Assembly: GCA_964016885.1 (NCBI GenBank)
Contig: OZ024746.1
Coordinates: forward strand, 9,486,001 to 9,550,000
From: Eledone cirrhosa
Lineage: Eukaryota
Direction of reading: 5' to 3'
Length of the DNA stretch: 64,000 nt
Numbering within the stretch: the first letter of the stretch is position 1; the number at the start of each line of letters is the position of its first letter. Positions 40,598-55,767 of this stretch are shown here, in pieces. The translations under genes were made by a program, and so were the position numbers. The notes under the pieces were generated by a model that was not told where the DNA came from, did not search any database, and was given only the letters and a program-made list of their open reading frames with translations.

Positions 40598-42199
40598 AAT
40601 ATATATATATATATATATATTAATGACATACAACAGGAATGTTTATAATAGGTATCCTTTATCAGGGCTTACCTAGGGTTAAACATAAACAACAACTTTA
40701 TATTGAAGCATTAATGCTAATTCAATTACAACATATTTATTTTCAATGGTAGACTATTGCTACTGAAAACCAAATTTCATAATATTCTCAATAAATAATT
40801 AAAACATTAAAATATGAATATAATTAACATATTGAAGTGAACACCTGAAACACCAAGATATCCCCCAATTAACACAGTAATTGAAACTAATTATATTTAA
40901 CATTGAGTCTAATAGATACCACATTTAATGTAGGATACTAAGAATTATAAGCATGCATTTTCCCAGCTTACTAGGAAAGAACATTTTAAACCCCTAATTG
41001 TTGTTGTTACTGCTTTTTAAGCTCCAATTTGGCTCCGGTAGATCAGAATTAGGAAAAAAGGCATTCTAGCTTTGGCCTATATATTTAGGGCTACGTTGTT
41101 CAGTATATTCTTTCATTTGTAAGACAGTGAGATGTGATTTGAGAGAGACTTCCCTGCTATTTCTAAAATGTAACAGTTCTCTTATTAGGTCAAAGCCTCC
41201 CTTTTAAGGTTGAAGGCCTCCTCATTGTTTGTAACTTCAAGATTTATTATGGTAGGCAGTATACATTTTAAATTTGGCTAATGTCTTAATCTGAGATTGT
41301 GTTAAATCTCTATCAATTGCATCACGTTAGAATCATAATGATTTAAAAAAACATTCACTAATACATTGTTACTTAATTTTGTGTTGGTATGAGTTTTAAA
41401 TACTGTCAAGGGTTAAAAATATTTCAGATTTGTACTCATGTGTCAAGCAATTTGATCTTAGATTGTGTGTTGAAACTAAAACAATTATAGCATGGAGTTG
41501 TATTTTATTTATTTACGAACACAGAAGGATTGTTTTATTCATTTTTCATTAATTTCCTTGAAGTATCAACAAATTTTCAGTGTCCTGACATCAAAACTGC
41601 AATGAAAATATTAACTAAAGAAATATATGTGAAAGAGAACATAACATATTTTTATAGTTAACATGGTTCTTCTGAGATGTAATTGCTTCTCAAAATGCAG
41701 TTGTATATCTAATGCCTGGTCAATGACATTTCCAAATGTAGCGAAGTAGTGTCAGTGACCAGATCTTAGTTGTTAAACAAAATGTCCTCACACTTCATAG
41801 TTTACAATTTCCAATTACTGTTTTTCTAACCACGGTTGAATGAAGTCTCAGCATTCTTTGGCCAGTTTATATAGTATGGTTGTATCTGTCCACGCTGGTC
41901 AACTGTAGTTTAGATGGAGTGATCCCATGGTTAAGTCAATGACCCTTGCCATTGATACATACAATACAATCATGGAAATAAAACAAATGAAGATTAGGAT
42001 ACTAAAGCTATAAATTGTCTGTAGCGTTAGTGTCAAATGAAATGCCTTGCAGTATTTATTCCAACTCTGTGTGTTCTGAGTTCAAACTCTGCTGGGGGAT
42101 GGACTGTATCTGTAATTCAAGGATGTACAACATTGATTCCAGTTGAGAATTACATTAATGATTCACATATCTTTGAAATACTCAGCCACTTTACATACA

Positions 42200-42686
42200 A
42201 GTTCAATGAAGAGGGTGTTCAGTTAAGTGAACAACTGGATGTGTACAATGTGTTCCAAATGCGATGTCTTCATCAGATACTTGGTGTCTCCCTACATAAC
42301 CAAATCTCAAACAACAACATCCAAGAACAATGCCAGCAGCAACTGACCATTGACAACCAAATCTGGCCACACTGGCTACTGTGGTTTGGCCATGCCTGTA
42401 GGATGAGCACCAGAAAAGTACCACACCAACTTTTGTCATGGCAGCAACTCATGCACTGGAATATGCAGCACAGCACACCGAAGAAGACATGGGTGAAACA
42501 AATCGATAAGGACCTGAAATCATAGGACCTTGCTCTCGATCATGCTAAGGTCAGTGCCATGGACAGGAGAGCATGGCAGAACATCATTATCATCAGTCCA
42601 TCATCCAGCAGTATCAACAGCAGTGTATTGGTTGAGAGAACAACCTCCCCCAATTGCCAGCTAGAGATTAAAGAACAACAACAACT
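42200..42686 (+). pseudogene. Old RTE-clade LINE 3' remnant with (CAA)n tail
   Basis: FQMRCLHQILGVS...WFGHACRM...PKKTW...DRRAW; tail ACAACAACAAC. Confidence 0.75.
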
Positions 42687-43594
42687 GAATACTCATATGC
42701 TGTTCCTGCTGGGAGAATCCATCATAGTGCAAGAATAAATAAATGATTAACGAATGAAATTTTACGATGGTTCTGCAAAAGAAGAGGTAAACGACCAGTA
42801 AGTTGAGTTCCTGATATGTTTTGAATTACTCTACTAATGCACCTGAGAATGATAATTACAACATATCTTCCATTTCCTCCTCTTTCCTCTATAACATTTG
42901 TGATATTATATGTCACACTAAGAACTCAATTTTACTGTAATGATAACGATATTAATGTGCAACATAATATCTTTCCTTGTTTTGTATTCTATACATCACT
43001 AGTTATTTGTATTAATAGCATCAGAACTTAATATATAGAAAAGATTTATTATACATCTATATCCACATAGACTATTAGTTTCCATCATAATTAATGTAAA
43101 TAATATTAATATAGTTTTCATTTCTCCTCTGATTACCTTTTATATATGACATATATATTATGAATGGTTTTACATTAACTACTAATCTGCTAATTTCCAT
43201 CTTCATTTAGCAATTAAGTAACCATTTTAATCAAATTATATCAGTATCATTCATTCTTTCTCAATAACTCACTGGTTAAAGTAATAATCTACTATGATTG
43301 TTTACACATACACTCACACACAAATATATATATCTAATTAGTTAATATGTAGCATTGTGAGATATGGAATAATTGATTGGTAAGGACTTCACAAAGTCAG
43401 TACAATGCAGTAGAAATATATAATTTGCCACTTTTTGCCCTTTATATATTTCAACATAATATTTCAGGGTTATTACCATCTTCTCAAATGCATCGTTTTT
43501 GTGTTGTATTTGAAAAGAGTGGGATTACCCTGAAAAGATAAGAGAACATTCTAGGTTCAAATCCCATGGTCATCCATGGCCAAAGGTAGTTTTC

Positions 43595-43660
<66 letters not shown>

Positions 43661-44278
43661 GGTTGTTCAGTGACTATATTACTGCCTCAATAGTCAGAAA
43701 TAGTCTTTTCTAAGACTATTTCTTACTATTGAGTCGACAATGCAGGCACAATTAGGCTTTGCACATCACTTTTAAAAAAATCTCTCCACTCTATTGCCAC
43801 AATGCAAAGATAAACCAGGGCAAGATATCTGGTGTCAATATAGGTCACAGTATAGAAACATCAGGATCTTCAGTTGGTGTTGAAGATCTGCAAAATGGCC
43901 AACACTTTCCACCTGCACAAATGGCTTTTATATCATAGAAACCTTTTCCTAGATATATGCTTTCACAAGAACTTGGAATAGCTTAAATCCCAGTGGTCTT
44001 ACAGTGCACTGGACACAAAAATGGAATTTTAAAATCTCTGTGCTCTTCCTAGATAGTTCTGATACCTACACTGGGTTCATCTGAACTTTTCACAATTATT
44101 TTCTTGTCCTACTTCATTTCTAGTAAACCACCTCACCATACTAGCTATGGGGGTGAGTTTAGTCATTGTCGACCCAACCAGATGCACTGGATACGCACTA
44201 CTTATTTTCATCCTATTCTACATGATCTGGAAGAAACAGCATTTAAATTTCTTTCAAATCCCACCACCACCCACTTAA

Positions 44279-44486
44279 CCCTTTAGCATCTACATTACTC
44301 TATATTTACTATTGTATTTTTGTGGTAAAAGCTTTACCTCACATAATATCAAAGTTATGAGATTTTGATGTTATTTATTTTGAGAACAACACGTTAACAT
44401 AAGTATGAGCAGCTGGTTACAATCAGCTTGAACATAAAGAGGTGAGAGAATTCTGACCAGATATAGCCAGTTTAAATGCTGAAGGA
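44279..44486. mobile_element. piggyBac-type MITE copy
   Basis: TTAA-CCCTTTAGCAT ... ATGCTGAAGGA-TTAA. Confidence 0.75.
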
Positions 44487-45857
44487 TTAAAGGAGGACAT
44501 ATTTCTATAATGATGTCCTGAACTACATGCACACAGAAGAAAAGGCAGGATAGTCATGACTGGAATACCTGTAATTATATGTCTGCTTGATCAGAGGTGA
44601 GCTGGGGTTAAACAACAATAACTAAGCTACCCAATAGTTTCAAATATATCAGAGTTGAAGAAGTAAGCCTGTGGTAACTGCAATAAGTTTCGTAACTACC
44701 TGAACATTTTTTCAAAAAACTGTAAAATAAATGCAAGACATTTAGAGAAAACACACAAACACACATTATACATATTTATTCTGCTTCGTTCTTAAAATTG
44801 CTGCAGGTGTATGTGTGGTTGTGTTAAATAGTTTGTGGTTATGTAATGCGTATTGAATACAGTCTTCAAGTAAAAGTGCTGTAGAGAAAATAAAAATACA
44901 AATAGAAATTTTTAGTCAAGATAATCGTATAAACATCCCAATAGCATCTTTTTTTTAGTTTCTACAATCTTAAAAAGTTCAGCTGCTCTTTCTCTTCACA
45001 AGATGTTTGTTGTTGATAGTCATGATAAACATAATACACAGTCTGGAAAATACTGTTACCAAAAATGTTTGCTTTTTAACATCCAGTTTCAATTTCTCTT
45101 TGATAGTTTCTAGCTTCTGTATGTGCATGTGTGTTTTTGTGTGCATATGTGCATGTGTGTGTGTGTGTGTAATTATGTGAGTGAGTGTGTGTGATTGTGT
45201 GTGTGAATATAATAGTGTGTGTGTTTATACATGTGTACATATGTCTGTATACTTTTACGTTTCAACATCAGATTCAATTTCTGTATCATTGTGTGTGTGT
45301 GTGTGTGTGTGTGTTGTGTCTGAGTATTTGAGGGTTCTTATGTGTGTTTGTGTTTGTACATATTTCTGTATATTTGCATGAAGATCTACCAGGTATAACC
45401 TGTTAGAGTAATAGTGGAAGTGATGGAATAACATTACAGAAAAGAATCCTTATATGTTATTCCAGTATTTGATAATTTGTATTTATTTTTATTAAATTAA
45501 AACTACATAACGGTCTATATTATCTGATGCTTATTTATAGAATACTACAAGAAATTGAAGCTGTGTGGCTTCATAGTTAGGGAATTCGATTAAAAATTGT
45601 GAGGTTGTGAGTTCAATTCCCAGACCAGACAACAGATTATGTCCTTGAGCAAGATTCTTTATTTCACATTGTTGTTTCTGCCAGGAGTTACAACAGGTAG
45701 TTAGTATCAGCAATGGAAAGACCATTGGAAACATTGATTCCTTGGTCTGATTTGACGAGTTCCACCCCACTCATTAAATGAATGAGGTTTTAGATCGACA
45801 AACAAACAAAAGCAAAAAAAAAGGAAAAACAAATATTAACATAGAAGAAATCATTAT

Positions 45858-46255
45858 TTTGGCAGTATTGGTAGAGGGTCAGACATGCTTTCCACCATAG
45901 TTACGTCCTTTTACGATCTGAGTTCAAATCCCGCCGAGGTTAACTTTGCCTTTCATCCTTACGGGGGTCGATAAAATAAAGTACCAGTAATGTACTGGGT
46001 AATTGCTGGCCTTGTGCTAAAGGTAGAAACAATTATTATTTTTAAAAAAGTCGGTAGAGCGTCGGACAACTTGCTTTGCGGCTTGTAGTTATGGCCCTTT
46101 ATGTTCTGCATTAAAATCCCGCCGGGGTTAACTTTGCCTTTTACCCTTACGGGGTCAATAAATAAAGTACCAGCCATGCGCTGGGGACGATCTAATCAAC
46201 TTCCTCCTCCTTCCTAAAATGGTTGGCCTTGTGCCTAAATCAGAAACCCTTATTA
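45858..46255 (+). mobile_element. Two tandem Meta-domain-like SINEs
   Basis: Two copies of ATCCCGCCG(A/G)GGTTAACTTTGCCTTT..CCTTACGGGG..TAAAGTACCAG. Confidence 0.78.
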
Positions 46256-47069
46256 TTGTAGAATGAAATTAATAAATATCATTTATAGAATACCATTCAC
46301 TTTATTTTGTTTTTAATAATTTGTCAAAGAAAACATGGCTGAGCTCATGATAACATTTAGAGACTCTGAGATGGGTGGGTACACGAGTTTCTTACCACAA
46401 ACAGAGGTAAAACACTCTCCTGAGAGTTTCTTACCTCTGTTTGTGGTATTTGACTGCAGATTGTTGATGTCCTTCACCATGATACCAGTAATTGAAGCAG
46501 GTTTGTTTTAGTTTTACTGGGAAGGCTGAGGTATTGCTTTGAAGGATGTGTTTGAATTTACTTTGTCTTGAGTGGTGTGTGTCTGATGAGTGAGGTTGAT
46601 TGTAGCATTATGGGTTAAGTTCATTGAGAGCAAGGGTTTGGTGTTATACATATAATATGATATTAGATATATGTATAGAGAGCACATATAATGAAGTATA
46701 TATATATATTAGATATAGATATATATAGAGAGAGACCAATATGTGTGCTTTCTATACATTTCTCATGTATATGGTCTTGTTGATATTCCAATCAAGAAAA
46801 CTGCCAATTTCTCATTAGGTTTCTACTTGTTCAACTGTTGAAAATTTGTAAAGTGATATTCAGTTGATATGAAAGTGTTAGATTTTCTGGTATCACATAG
46901 CAACACGCACAAGCATACAAGATATTCATTATTTCACTTCATTTTGTAGATATAATTAAATAATATTTCAACTTCACATTGATTTCTGTTGACTACTTGT
47001 TAGAAACATGTATTTATCTACTAGAATCTACATACATTTTCACAGGTTAATTTACTACTACTACTACTG

Positions 47070-47112
<43 letters not shown>

Positions 47113-47187
47113 AACTATTATCATTATTATTATTATTTTTATTAATATTGTTATTGCATTTGATAATTATTCTCCTTTTGAAGAAAA

Positions 47188-47221
<34 letters not shown>

Positions 47222-47467
47222 TGTATCATTGGCTTAATTATTCTTTTCAATTTCACCACTCCATATATCTAAGAGTAGTTTCTTTGAAGAATCTTCATCA
47301 TTGTAAGCTGTCATTGTCATTGTTACCATAAGCTTTATCACAAAACCTAATCATATCAGTTTATTCACCATCAACACCTCACTTTTGTTCATATGATAAG
47401 AAGCTACATTTATAAAAATTCCACTTCTATTTTGCCATAACATTAGTGGAAGTATAAAAAGCAGGGA

Positions 47468-47585
47468 TTATATATATATATATATATATAATGCACACAC
47501 ACACATAGACACACACATACATACATTCATACATACATACATATACATACATATATATACATACATACACATAGACACATACATA

Positions 47586-47627
<42 letters not shown>

Positions 47628-47634
47628 CATATAA

Positions 47635-47665
<31 letters not shown>

Positions 47666-47702
47666 CATACATATATATACATATATATACATACATATAT
47701 AC

Positions 47703-47751
<49 letters not shown>

Positions 47752-47816
47752 TATACATATATACATACATATATATATACATACATACATATATATAAAT
47801 ACATACATATATATAA

Positions 47817-47873
<57 letters not shown>

Positions 47874-48125
47874 CACATATATATATATAAATACATATAT
47901 ATATATATATATATATATAAATACATATTATATATATATAAATACATATATATATATATAAATACATACATATATATATATAAATACATATATATATATT
48001 TAAATACATACATATATATATAAATACATACATATATACAAACACATACATATATATATATACATACATACATATATATATATACATACATACATATATA
48101 TATATACATACATATATATATATAT

Positions 48126-48158
<33 letters not shown>

Positions 48159-48185
48159 CATACATACATATATATACATACATAC

Positions 48186-48218
<33 letters not shown>

Positions 48219-48224
48219 CATACA

Positions 48225-48266
<42 letters not shown>

Positions 48267-48391
48267 AACACATACATATATATATATAAACACATATATA
48301 TATAAACACATACATACATATATATATAAACACATACATACATATATATATATAAACACATACATATATATATATATATATACATATATAC

Positions 48392-48448
<57 letters not shown>

Positions 48449-48460
48449 CATATATATATA
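47468..48460. repeat. ~1 kb (TA)/(TACA) microsatellite
   Basis: Direct reading. Confidence 0.95.
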
Positions 48461-48942
48461 TTGCTATTTTTGTTAGAATAATAAATGAAACTTTCTCTTT
48501 CATTTCTTCTACAACATTTATAACTTTCTCCATAAGATAACTTAGTTGGGATGAGTTCAGACATTTGCAGATATTTTTATGAAACGTTTTTCGTGCCAAT
48601 GATTGGGAGAAGTGATCCTTCTGAATGGCTTTGAATCAATCATGAATTGGGGCTACCATTTTGTGTGTACGTGTAAGTATATATATGTATGTATGTATAT
48701 GTATGTATATATATGTATATATATATATGTATATATGTATATATATATATGTATATATGTATGTATATATATATATGTATGTATATATATGTATATATTA
48801 TATATGTATATATATATATATGTATGTATATATATGTATATATATATATATGTATATATATATATGTATATATATATATATGTATATATGTATGTATATA
48901 TATATGTATGTATATATATGTATATATATATGTATATATATG

Positions 48943-48976
<34 letters not shown>

Positions 48977-48984
48977 TGTATCTC

Positions 48985-49395
48985 TCCGGGAGAGATGACC
49001 CCTTAGCCTTTGTCAAGGCAGAAATCTAGAAGGAAAACTCTGATATAACACCTGCAACCCTGATGGTATCCAATGATGTTGACTTGTTCTTCTTTTTGGT
49101 AAATATCATCTTGGTTAAGAGAGTGGGACTGGCTTTGTGCAGTGCCTTTGCTCACTATAAAAGCTTCACAGCACAGGCATTGCTTTATATCTGGAGATCT
49201 CTCTGCACTTGTCATCACATGGTACCATGGGCCCAGCACTATGTGTCAATAATGGTCACAAGTGTAGTCTTTGTACCAGAGTTTTCAAGTCGCTGGCTGG
49301 ACTAAAAAGTCACACTCGTTTAGCGCATCGGTAGGGGTTCTCCTACATGGATATAAAGTAGTGGCCGTACTCGAAAACGAGTTGGCAGCCACCAT
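48985..49395 (+). mobile_element. Diverged homolog of 28330-28863
   Basis: CCCTTAGCCTTTGTCAAGGCAGAAATCTAGAAGGAAAACTCTGATAT...CCAATGATGTTGA...GAGTGGGACTGGCT...TGGCCGTACTCGAAAACGAG. Confidence 0.6.
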
Positions 49396-49406
49396 ATATA
49401 TATATG

Positions 49407-49437
<31 letters not shown>

Positions 49438-49591
49438 GTATATATATGTGTGTAGATATATGTGTGTATATATATGTATATATATATATGTAAGTATATA
49501 TATGTATATATATATATGTATATATATATATGTATATATATATATGTATATATATATATGTATATATATGTGTGTAGATATATGTGTGTAG

Positions 49592-49625
<34 letters not shown>

Positions 49626-51180
49626 TTATTTATATATATATATATATTATCATCATCATATCCATTAGTATTGGCGAATATGAAAATTAGTACCTAATAC
49701 TATGGTGTGTATATATATATATATATATATATTCCATTCAAAGAAATTTGCAGGTTTGTTGATTAGAATAACAACAAAAATGTATTCATGAGAAATGAAA
49801 AAAATATGCAAAGTATACATATCTGGGTAGATACGGAAAGGACAGTTTTATAGGTAAATTGAGCAGTGTACATGGAAATAGCTTGTGGTAGTTGTTCTCC
49901 TCTAGATATAGTCATTCAAATTACCATGGGAAATTACTTTAGTTGATATATTCAAGAAACTGAACAATAAAAATGAGAATGAAGCTGTTAGCAGTTATCC
50001 ATCATATAAGATGGTACTGCAGATGAATTAGCTTTAGTCATAGTAATCGTTCCACTGAAAGGGTTACTATCAAGTGTTTACTTTTCTGGAAAGTTCTTGA
50101 TTAGTTCTGTTTTATAATGAAATAATTCAAAGATGTTTAATATTGTAAATGCCTGCATCTAATATCTAAGAATACAGAGAACTATTGCAAAAGGATTACT
50201 CAGCTTTGTCCATTCAAATCACCCTAAAATTCACAGAAATGTAACACTTTGAATGATCACCGTAAAATTTGTTGTACACTGGCTATTACCCAGTGAACTG
50301 TTTCACTCTCAAGTGCCCTGGAAACAGGATCTATTGTGAGAAAATCCCTGTCACTAGATCTGCTGGAAATAGCAGCTGAATCACCCTTAAATCACTCCCT
50401 ACTCTTTTATCTAAAAAAGATCAGGATTCGTTGTATAATGGAGCCCTGAATAAACAATGTCCCAAAAAATGTTAGTATTATCTTGTTTGAAATTCCTTTA
50501 ACCATATATGTGTTCAGAACTGGCCTGGGATTAAATAACAACAATAGCAGCAACAATCCTGCATATTACTTATAAAATTACATTTCTGCCAATGCCAGTG
50601 AATTGTAGATACAAAGAAGTTCAATCCTCTACAAGACAAAACCCTCCCACTCATGTTAACATTAAACTGTATTATTTGAAAAGACAGTAAGTCTTAAAAT
50701 GATGAAAGTTTTACTCTCTTTTTCATGAGATATTTCTTTACTAGTTCACATACCTTCCACAATTGACATAGTTTTCTTTCAAAGTTTATGCAATATTTCT
50801 TTACAATGGGGATCTTTTTTTTTTCTCTACAAAAGATATCATTTAAGTTTATATTCTCTAATGTATGTTTTTTAATATATCATTCATGCTAGAGTGGAAG
50901 ATAGACATTAAACGATGATGATGATGATCATCATCATTATTTTTGTTTTTTGCCTCATTTTAAAATCCATTCTTTATCAGTACACCTATAGATAGATAGT
51001 CACACATACAGAGAAGCAGACAGGCAAGCTGATAGACCAATACAGGCTGTTAGATCTCTTTGCTGACCCAGTGTGAGTGTGTGACTGTGAAATATATACA
51101 TAAACACCAGGCCTGAACACAGATGAACCAAACACCCACTGTCACTGCCTCCATCTTTCCTGTTCTCCCCATCTCTCACC

Positions 51181-51303
51181 ATGACAAGCAATTGGGGGTC
51201 CATGTGCAGCCCTGGTGGACAGAATAAAGGTGTTTCCCCAGAGGATGGTGAGGGAGACATGCTGGAAGAGCCATTCCAGCTCGTGGATCAGGATTATAAT
51301 CCA
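51181..51303 (+). CDS. Possible first coding exon of a host gene (MTSNWGSMCSPGGQNKGVSPEDG...)
   Basis: Locally GC-richer unique sequence; CACC-ATG context; candidate donors G|GTGAGG after 51247 or A|GTATAT after 51303; no recognised homology. Confidence 0.25.
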
Positions 51304-52841
51304 GTATATTTAGTTTTCTTTTTCTCTGGCTTCCTTCTGTGTTGATCAGTGTCTGAATTCTGTATACACACATGCAGACATATGTATTATCTTTTTCATT
51401 TCTGTGCCCAAAATTCCACATTAACCTTTCCTTTTTCTCCTTTACACTTCATTATGCTTTACAAACATATTTGGAAAGTAAAGTAATTAAATTTGATTCC
51501 GTTTATCATCATATACATTGTTCTTGTGTTTCTTTCTGTAGGCAAAATATGCAACCACTTCTTATCTTCCAGCCACTCCTCACCACAACTAACCCTCATC
51601 ACTGCTACAACCACTTCATTCAACAATACCAGTACAGAAATATCTACATTATAAATAGTTAATTCAAAAATAGCTTCAGTTTACATTCATTTCAATGATG
51701 TCGATACATCAGGCATGTCAGACTTATCATTCTGTTTATTTCTCTGTCTGCTTTGAATTTTAACATCCAAAATATCGTTTACTTCACTTTTATCGTGTTT
51801 TTTATTCAATTAATAAATGTTTTCAGTTCAGCTTACTTTACTATTTTCATTTTATTTACTTTATTATTTGTTGTTTTTGTTTTTGGTTTCTTCTTTTGTT
51901 AGACTTAGGTTTTTAACTTTTGTTTTCCTTCCCTTATCTCTGCTCTTTTATCCACTCTGTTTATTGTATCTGTTATGTAGACAAAGTTTTGTCATGTATT
52001 TATTAATTTGTCTAAAATTTTAGTTTGGATAAATATTTTACTCCCACTGGTTTAAAAGTTAGCAATGCCATAATTTCGGTTTTCTTGATTAGATTTCTTA
52101 CAATATCTTTGTTGATGACTTTTGTGAGCTTATTTGCTTCTTTTTTATTTTATTTTATTTTGTTTTATGTATCTATTTATTTATTTATGTGGTGGTTAAA
52201 AGCATGAGATACACACAAAAGACAAATGTATTTTTATCTTGAATAACAATTATACGAGAATTTACTTTTAAGCCATGGGCCTAAACATGAGCCACTCCAG
52301 ATGTTCAGTAATAATAGGGAGATAACTAGAATTTGATTAAAGGGAAGTTGAATTGTATCTTTGCTAAAAGATACAATTCAACTTCCTTTTTTTCTTTTCT
52401 TGTAGTTTATCTTCCTTATTACCATTCTCATTTAGATTGTAAGAAAAGTCCATGCTATCTGCAAGTTGTTCAGATAATATTGATTTCTAGCATAAGCACA
52501 GTGCCTAGAATTTAAGAATAGGTATAGATGATTATAGTGATACCATTACATCACTGGTATTGACTTCAAAACAATCAAAACAAAGTCAATCTCAGCAGAA
52601 AGCCTTCAACTCAGAATATAAATTTTCATAACTAAATACTGCAAGGCCTTTTCTCCACTGCTATAGTGATTCTATTGTAACTAACTGCAGGTCTAAAGTC
52701 TGTCTCATGCCAGGAAGCTCATCAGGCGAGGTTGCATGGCATGAAGTGACTGGGCATTCAAGACTCCCCTTAGACAGGATGCCAGTGCATCACAGGGTTA
52801 AACTCCCAACAATTGATAGGTACTCATTTTCAGCTGAGTAT

Positions 52842-53667
52842 ATCATCATCATCATCATCATCGTTTAACGTCCATCTTCCACGCTTGCATGGGTTTGGAC
52901 GGGAGTTTTCCCACTTGAGGCAAGAGTGGTTGTCTCGCTCGCATAGGACTGTCTGGCGGGTTTTCTACGGCTGGATGCCCTTCCTAACACCAACCACATT
53001 TACAGTGTGGGGCTGGGAGGTTTTTACCGTGTTACCTACACGGCCACATTACAGCGTGGACTGTGTGTTTTTTTTGTCGTGACACCTACACGACCTCATT
53101 TGTTTCAGGCTTTACATTGAAGGAGGGGGGGTAGTGGGACGGGGGGTATTTTTGTTAGAGCTGCCTACTGACTGTAGGTTTCGCTTTGTACTTAGGCAAG
53201 GTGGGTCTTCTGTATTACTGTGTAGCGCCAAAGATCTCGGTCCAGTGACATTGTCTTGGAGAGGTGTAAGTGTGTGATGTCGGAATTTATCAAGTCGTCC
53301 CAGGTTTTTCTGGGTCTGCCGTCTATTTTTATCGCCCTGCACTTTTTTATATAGCTGTCGTCTTTCATGCGCATCACGTGACCATACCAACATAGTCTTC
53401 TCTCGAGTAAACAACATCTGATCCCTCTTATTCCTAATTTCTCCCTTAGTTCGTTTATGCTTTGCCGTTCACGTATATTACTATTACACATCCAGCGGAG
53501 CATGCAAGCTTCATTCCTCTCCAGTCTGTGTATATCCTATGCACACAATGCCCAAGTCTCACTGCCATGTAACATTGCTGTTTGTATGCAGGCATCATAC
53601 AGCCTGCCTTTCATTTTTAGAGAGAACCCTTTAGCGGCCAATAGTGGTATAAGATCTCTGAACTTTT
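52842..53667 (-). mobile_element. 5'-truncated RTE LINE (family of 1263-2024) nested in an older SINE
   Basis: KGRLYDAC...[28 protein letters not shown], 3'UTR and (GAT)n tail; SINE halves on either side. Confidence 0.9.
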
Positions 53668-53668
53668 C

Positions 53669-53790
53669 TGGACTAAAATGAAATGCAGTGTTTTGTGCAA
53701 GAATACAACACTCAACCCAGCCTATAAATCGAACCCACAGCATTATGATGATAAGTCCAACACCCTTACCACTAGGCCACATGCTTCCAC
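53669..53790 (-). mobile_element. 5' half of an old tRNA-derived SINE (3' half at ~52740-52840)
   Basis: Minus strand: TGGCCTAGTGG A box, GGGTTCGATTT B box. Confidence 0.65.
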
Positions 53791-54254
53791 AACTGTAGGT
53801 AGTCAGTTGAATTAGGACAAGTTTGAATTTAAAAATCCAGTGCTCTAATGTCCTGAAGTTAATATTTCAGTTTATTTCTCTTCCCCTTCTTCCTTTTCTT
53901 CAGACTTGATTCAAGACATCACCCACTCTTCTTCAGGAAATGTAATCCTTTTTGAGACCCCACCTACTGTCCTTCATTGGATAAAAGTCTCTTCTTACTG
54001 CTGCGGCTTGCTCTGGTTTTGTGTTTTCTACACCATCTTGGTCTAAGTTCCTCAAAATCATATTTCCATGTGATGAACATAACTTCATTGATAGTTCCAG
54101 AGGACAGAGGACGAGTTGGCTGATTTTGAGGTTTATCTGTTACCTGTGATTCTCAACTCATGACCCACCAGCTTCAATTCAACTTGGTTGTGTCTGAGAT
54201 ATTTTGACATTTTTGACATCTCAAACCAACAGATGCCCCACAAACATTTAGATC

Positions 54255-54390
54255 CCTCCCTCTCTCTCTCTCTCTTTCTCTCTCCCCCTACTCTCTCCCT
54301 CTCTTTCTCTCTCTTTCTATACTCTCTCTCTCTCTTTCTCTCTCTCTCTACTCTCTTTCTCTCTCTCTCTCTACTCTCTCTCTCTCTCTC

Positions 54391-54421
<31 letters not shown>

Positions 54422-54442
54422 TGCTCTCTCTCTCTCTCTCTT

Positions 54443-54505
<63 letters not shown>
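54255..54505. repeat. (CT)n microsatellite
   Basis: Direct reading. Confidence 0.95.
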
Positions 54506-54507
<2 letters not shown>

Positions 54508-55767
54508 AAAGATTGCTAATTTAGTTTAATACTTCCTTAAATTAATCAGTGTTTAAAATAATTTAAAATAATACTTATAAAAGTGACATGATTTCAAACA
54601 GCAAGATGTTCATAGATATGTTGCCTTGTTCACAGCATAGAAAGGTTTCTTCTATCATGATTAAATTCTATGTTCTATATATTGAAAGAGTAGCAGTTTA
54701 GTCCCAGGTCAGTATTCAAATGAGCTCTAACAATGACCATACCATCTTTTTTAATTATCTAAGACCATATAGTTCAATAGGTTCTTTATTTTATACAATA
54801 AGGTGTGGTTTTAGGGAGATTTAACTGCTCTTTCTAGCAAACCAAACGATGGCATTGAGGAACCCTCTTGTCTGGTAGTGAAAAGTGAACTGTAAATTTA
54901 AAAAAAAAAAGACACACATGAAGTAAATTGGAATAAATTGAGTATGACTTGATATATGTGTACTGTAAGTCTCACTGGCAGACTGAGTGCTGAGAGGGCT
55001 GAGGAAATGAACATTGCATGCAAATGATAAGATTGCATAAACTTTGGATATGATGAAAAATAAATTATCTAAATAGCAAGAAAAAGGTGTTATGAGTTAT
55101 TAATTGAATGTAATCAAGATTGGAATAGGTAAAGTAACTTGTAGAAAGAAGTATGTAAAATACTAATCAGAGAACTGAGAATAAGGTAGACTGTTAGAGA
55201 AATATTCTCCTACCACCGGTAGTTTGTTTGCTCTAATTCCTTTCAACAGGAAGAAAAAGCAGATGCATCAGGCAGATGATGGTGATTATAATGATAATAA
55301 TTATGATTTATGAGTATAGAGAATATTTCAGGTATGTATGACAGGGAATTATGGTTGAATGGGTGGTTAGTAACTTATCCTGTAAATATACTCCAGCTAA
55401 AAACTTCTGACATAATTTGCTGTAGAGGGTACATTTTTTTTCATTAGAATCACAAAGATTTAGACAGATGAGCATACATGCTTGAACATACATGTACACG
55501 CATATATGCAACTATGTGGTAAATAGACAGAAGTCTTAGTGTCAGACGAAATTCCTCGCAATATTTATTCCACCTTCTTACATTCTGAAGTCTTCTTTGC
55601 CTTTCATCTTTCTGAGCTTCATAGATTTAGTACTAGTCTAGGGATGTTGACTTATGAAGTCATTGAAACATCAATATTTGTTCTGGTTCTGTATCTTCTG
55701 AGTTCTAATCTTGAAGTATCTTACATATAATTCTTTGCCTGAATTGACACATCCACCTTGCCTTTAA

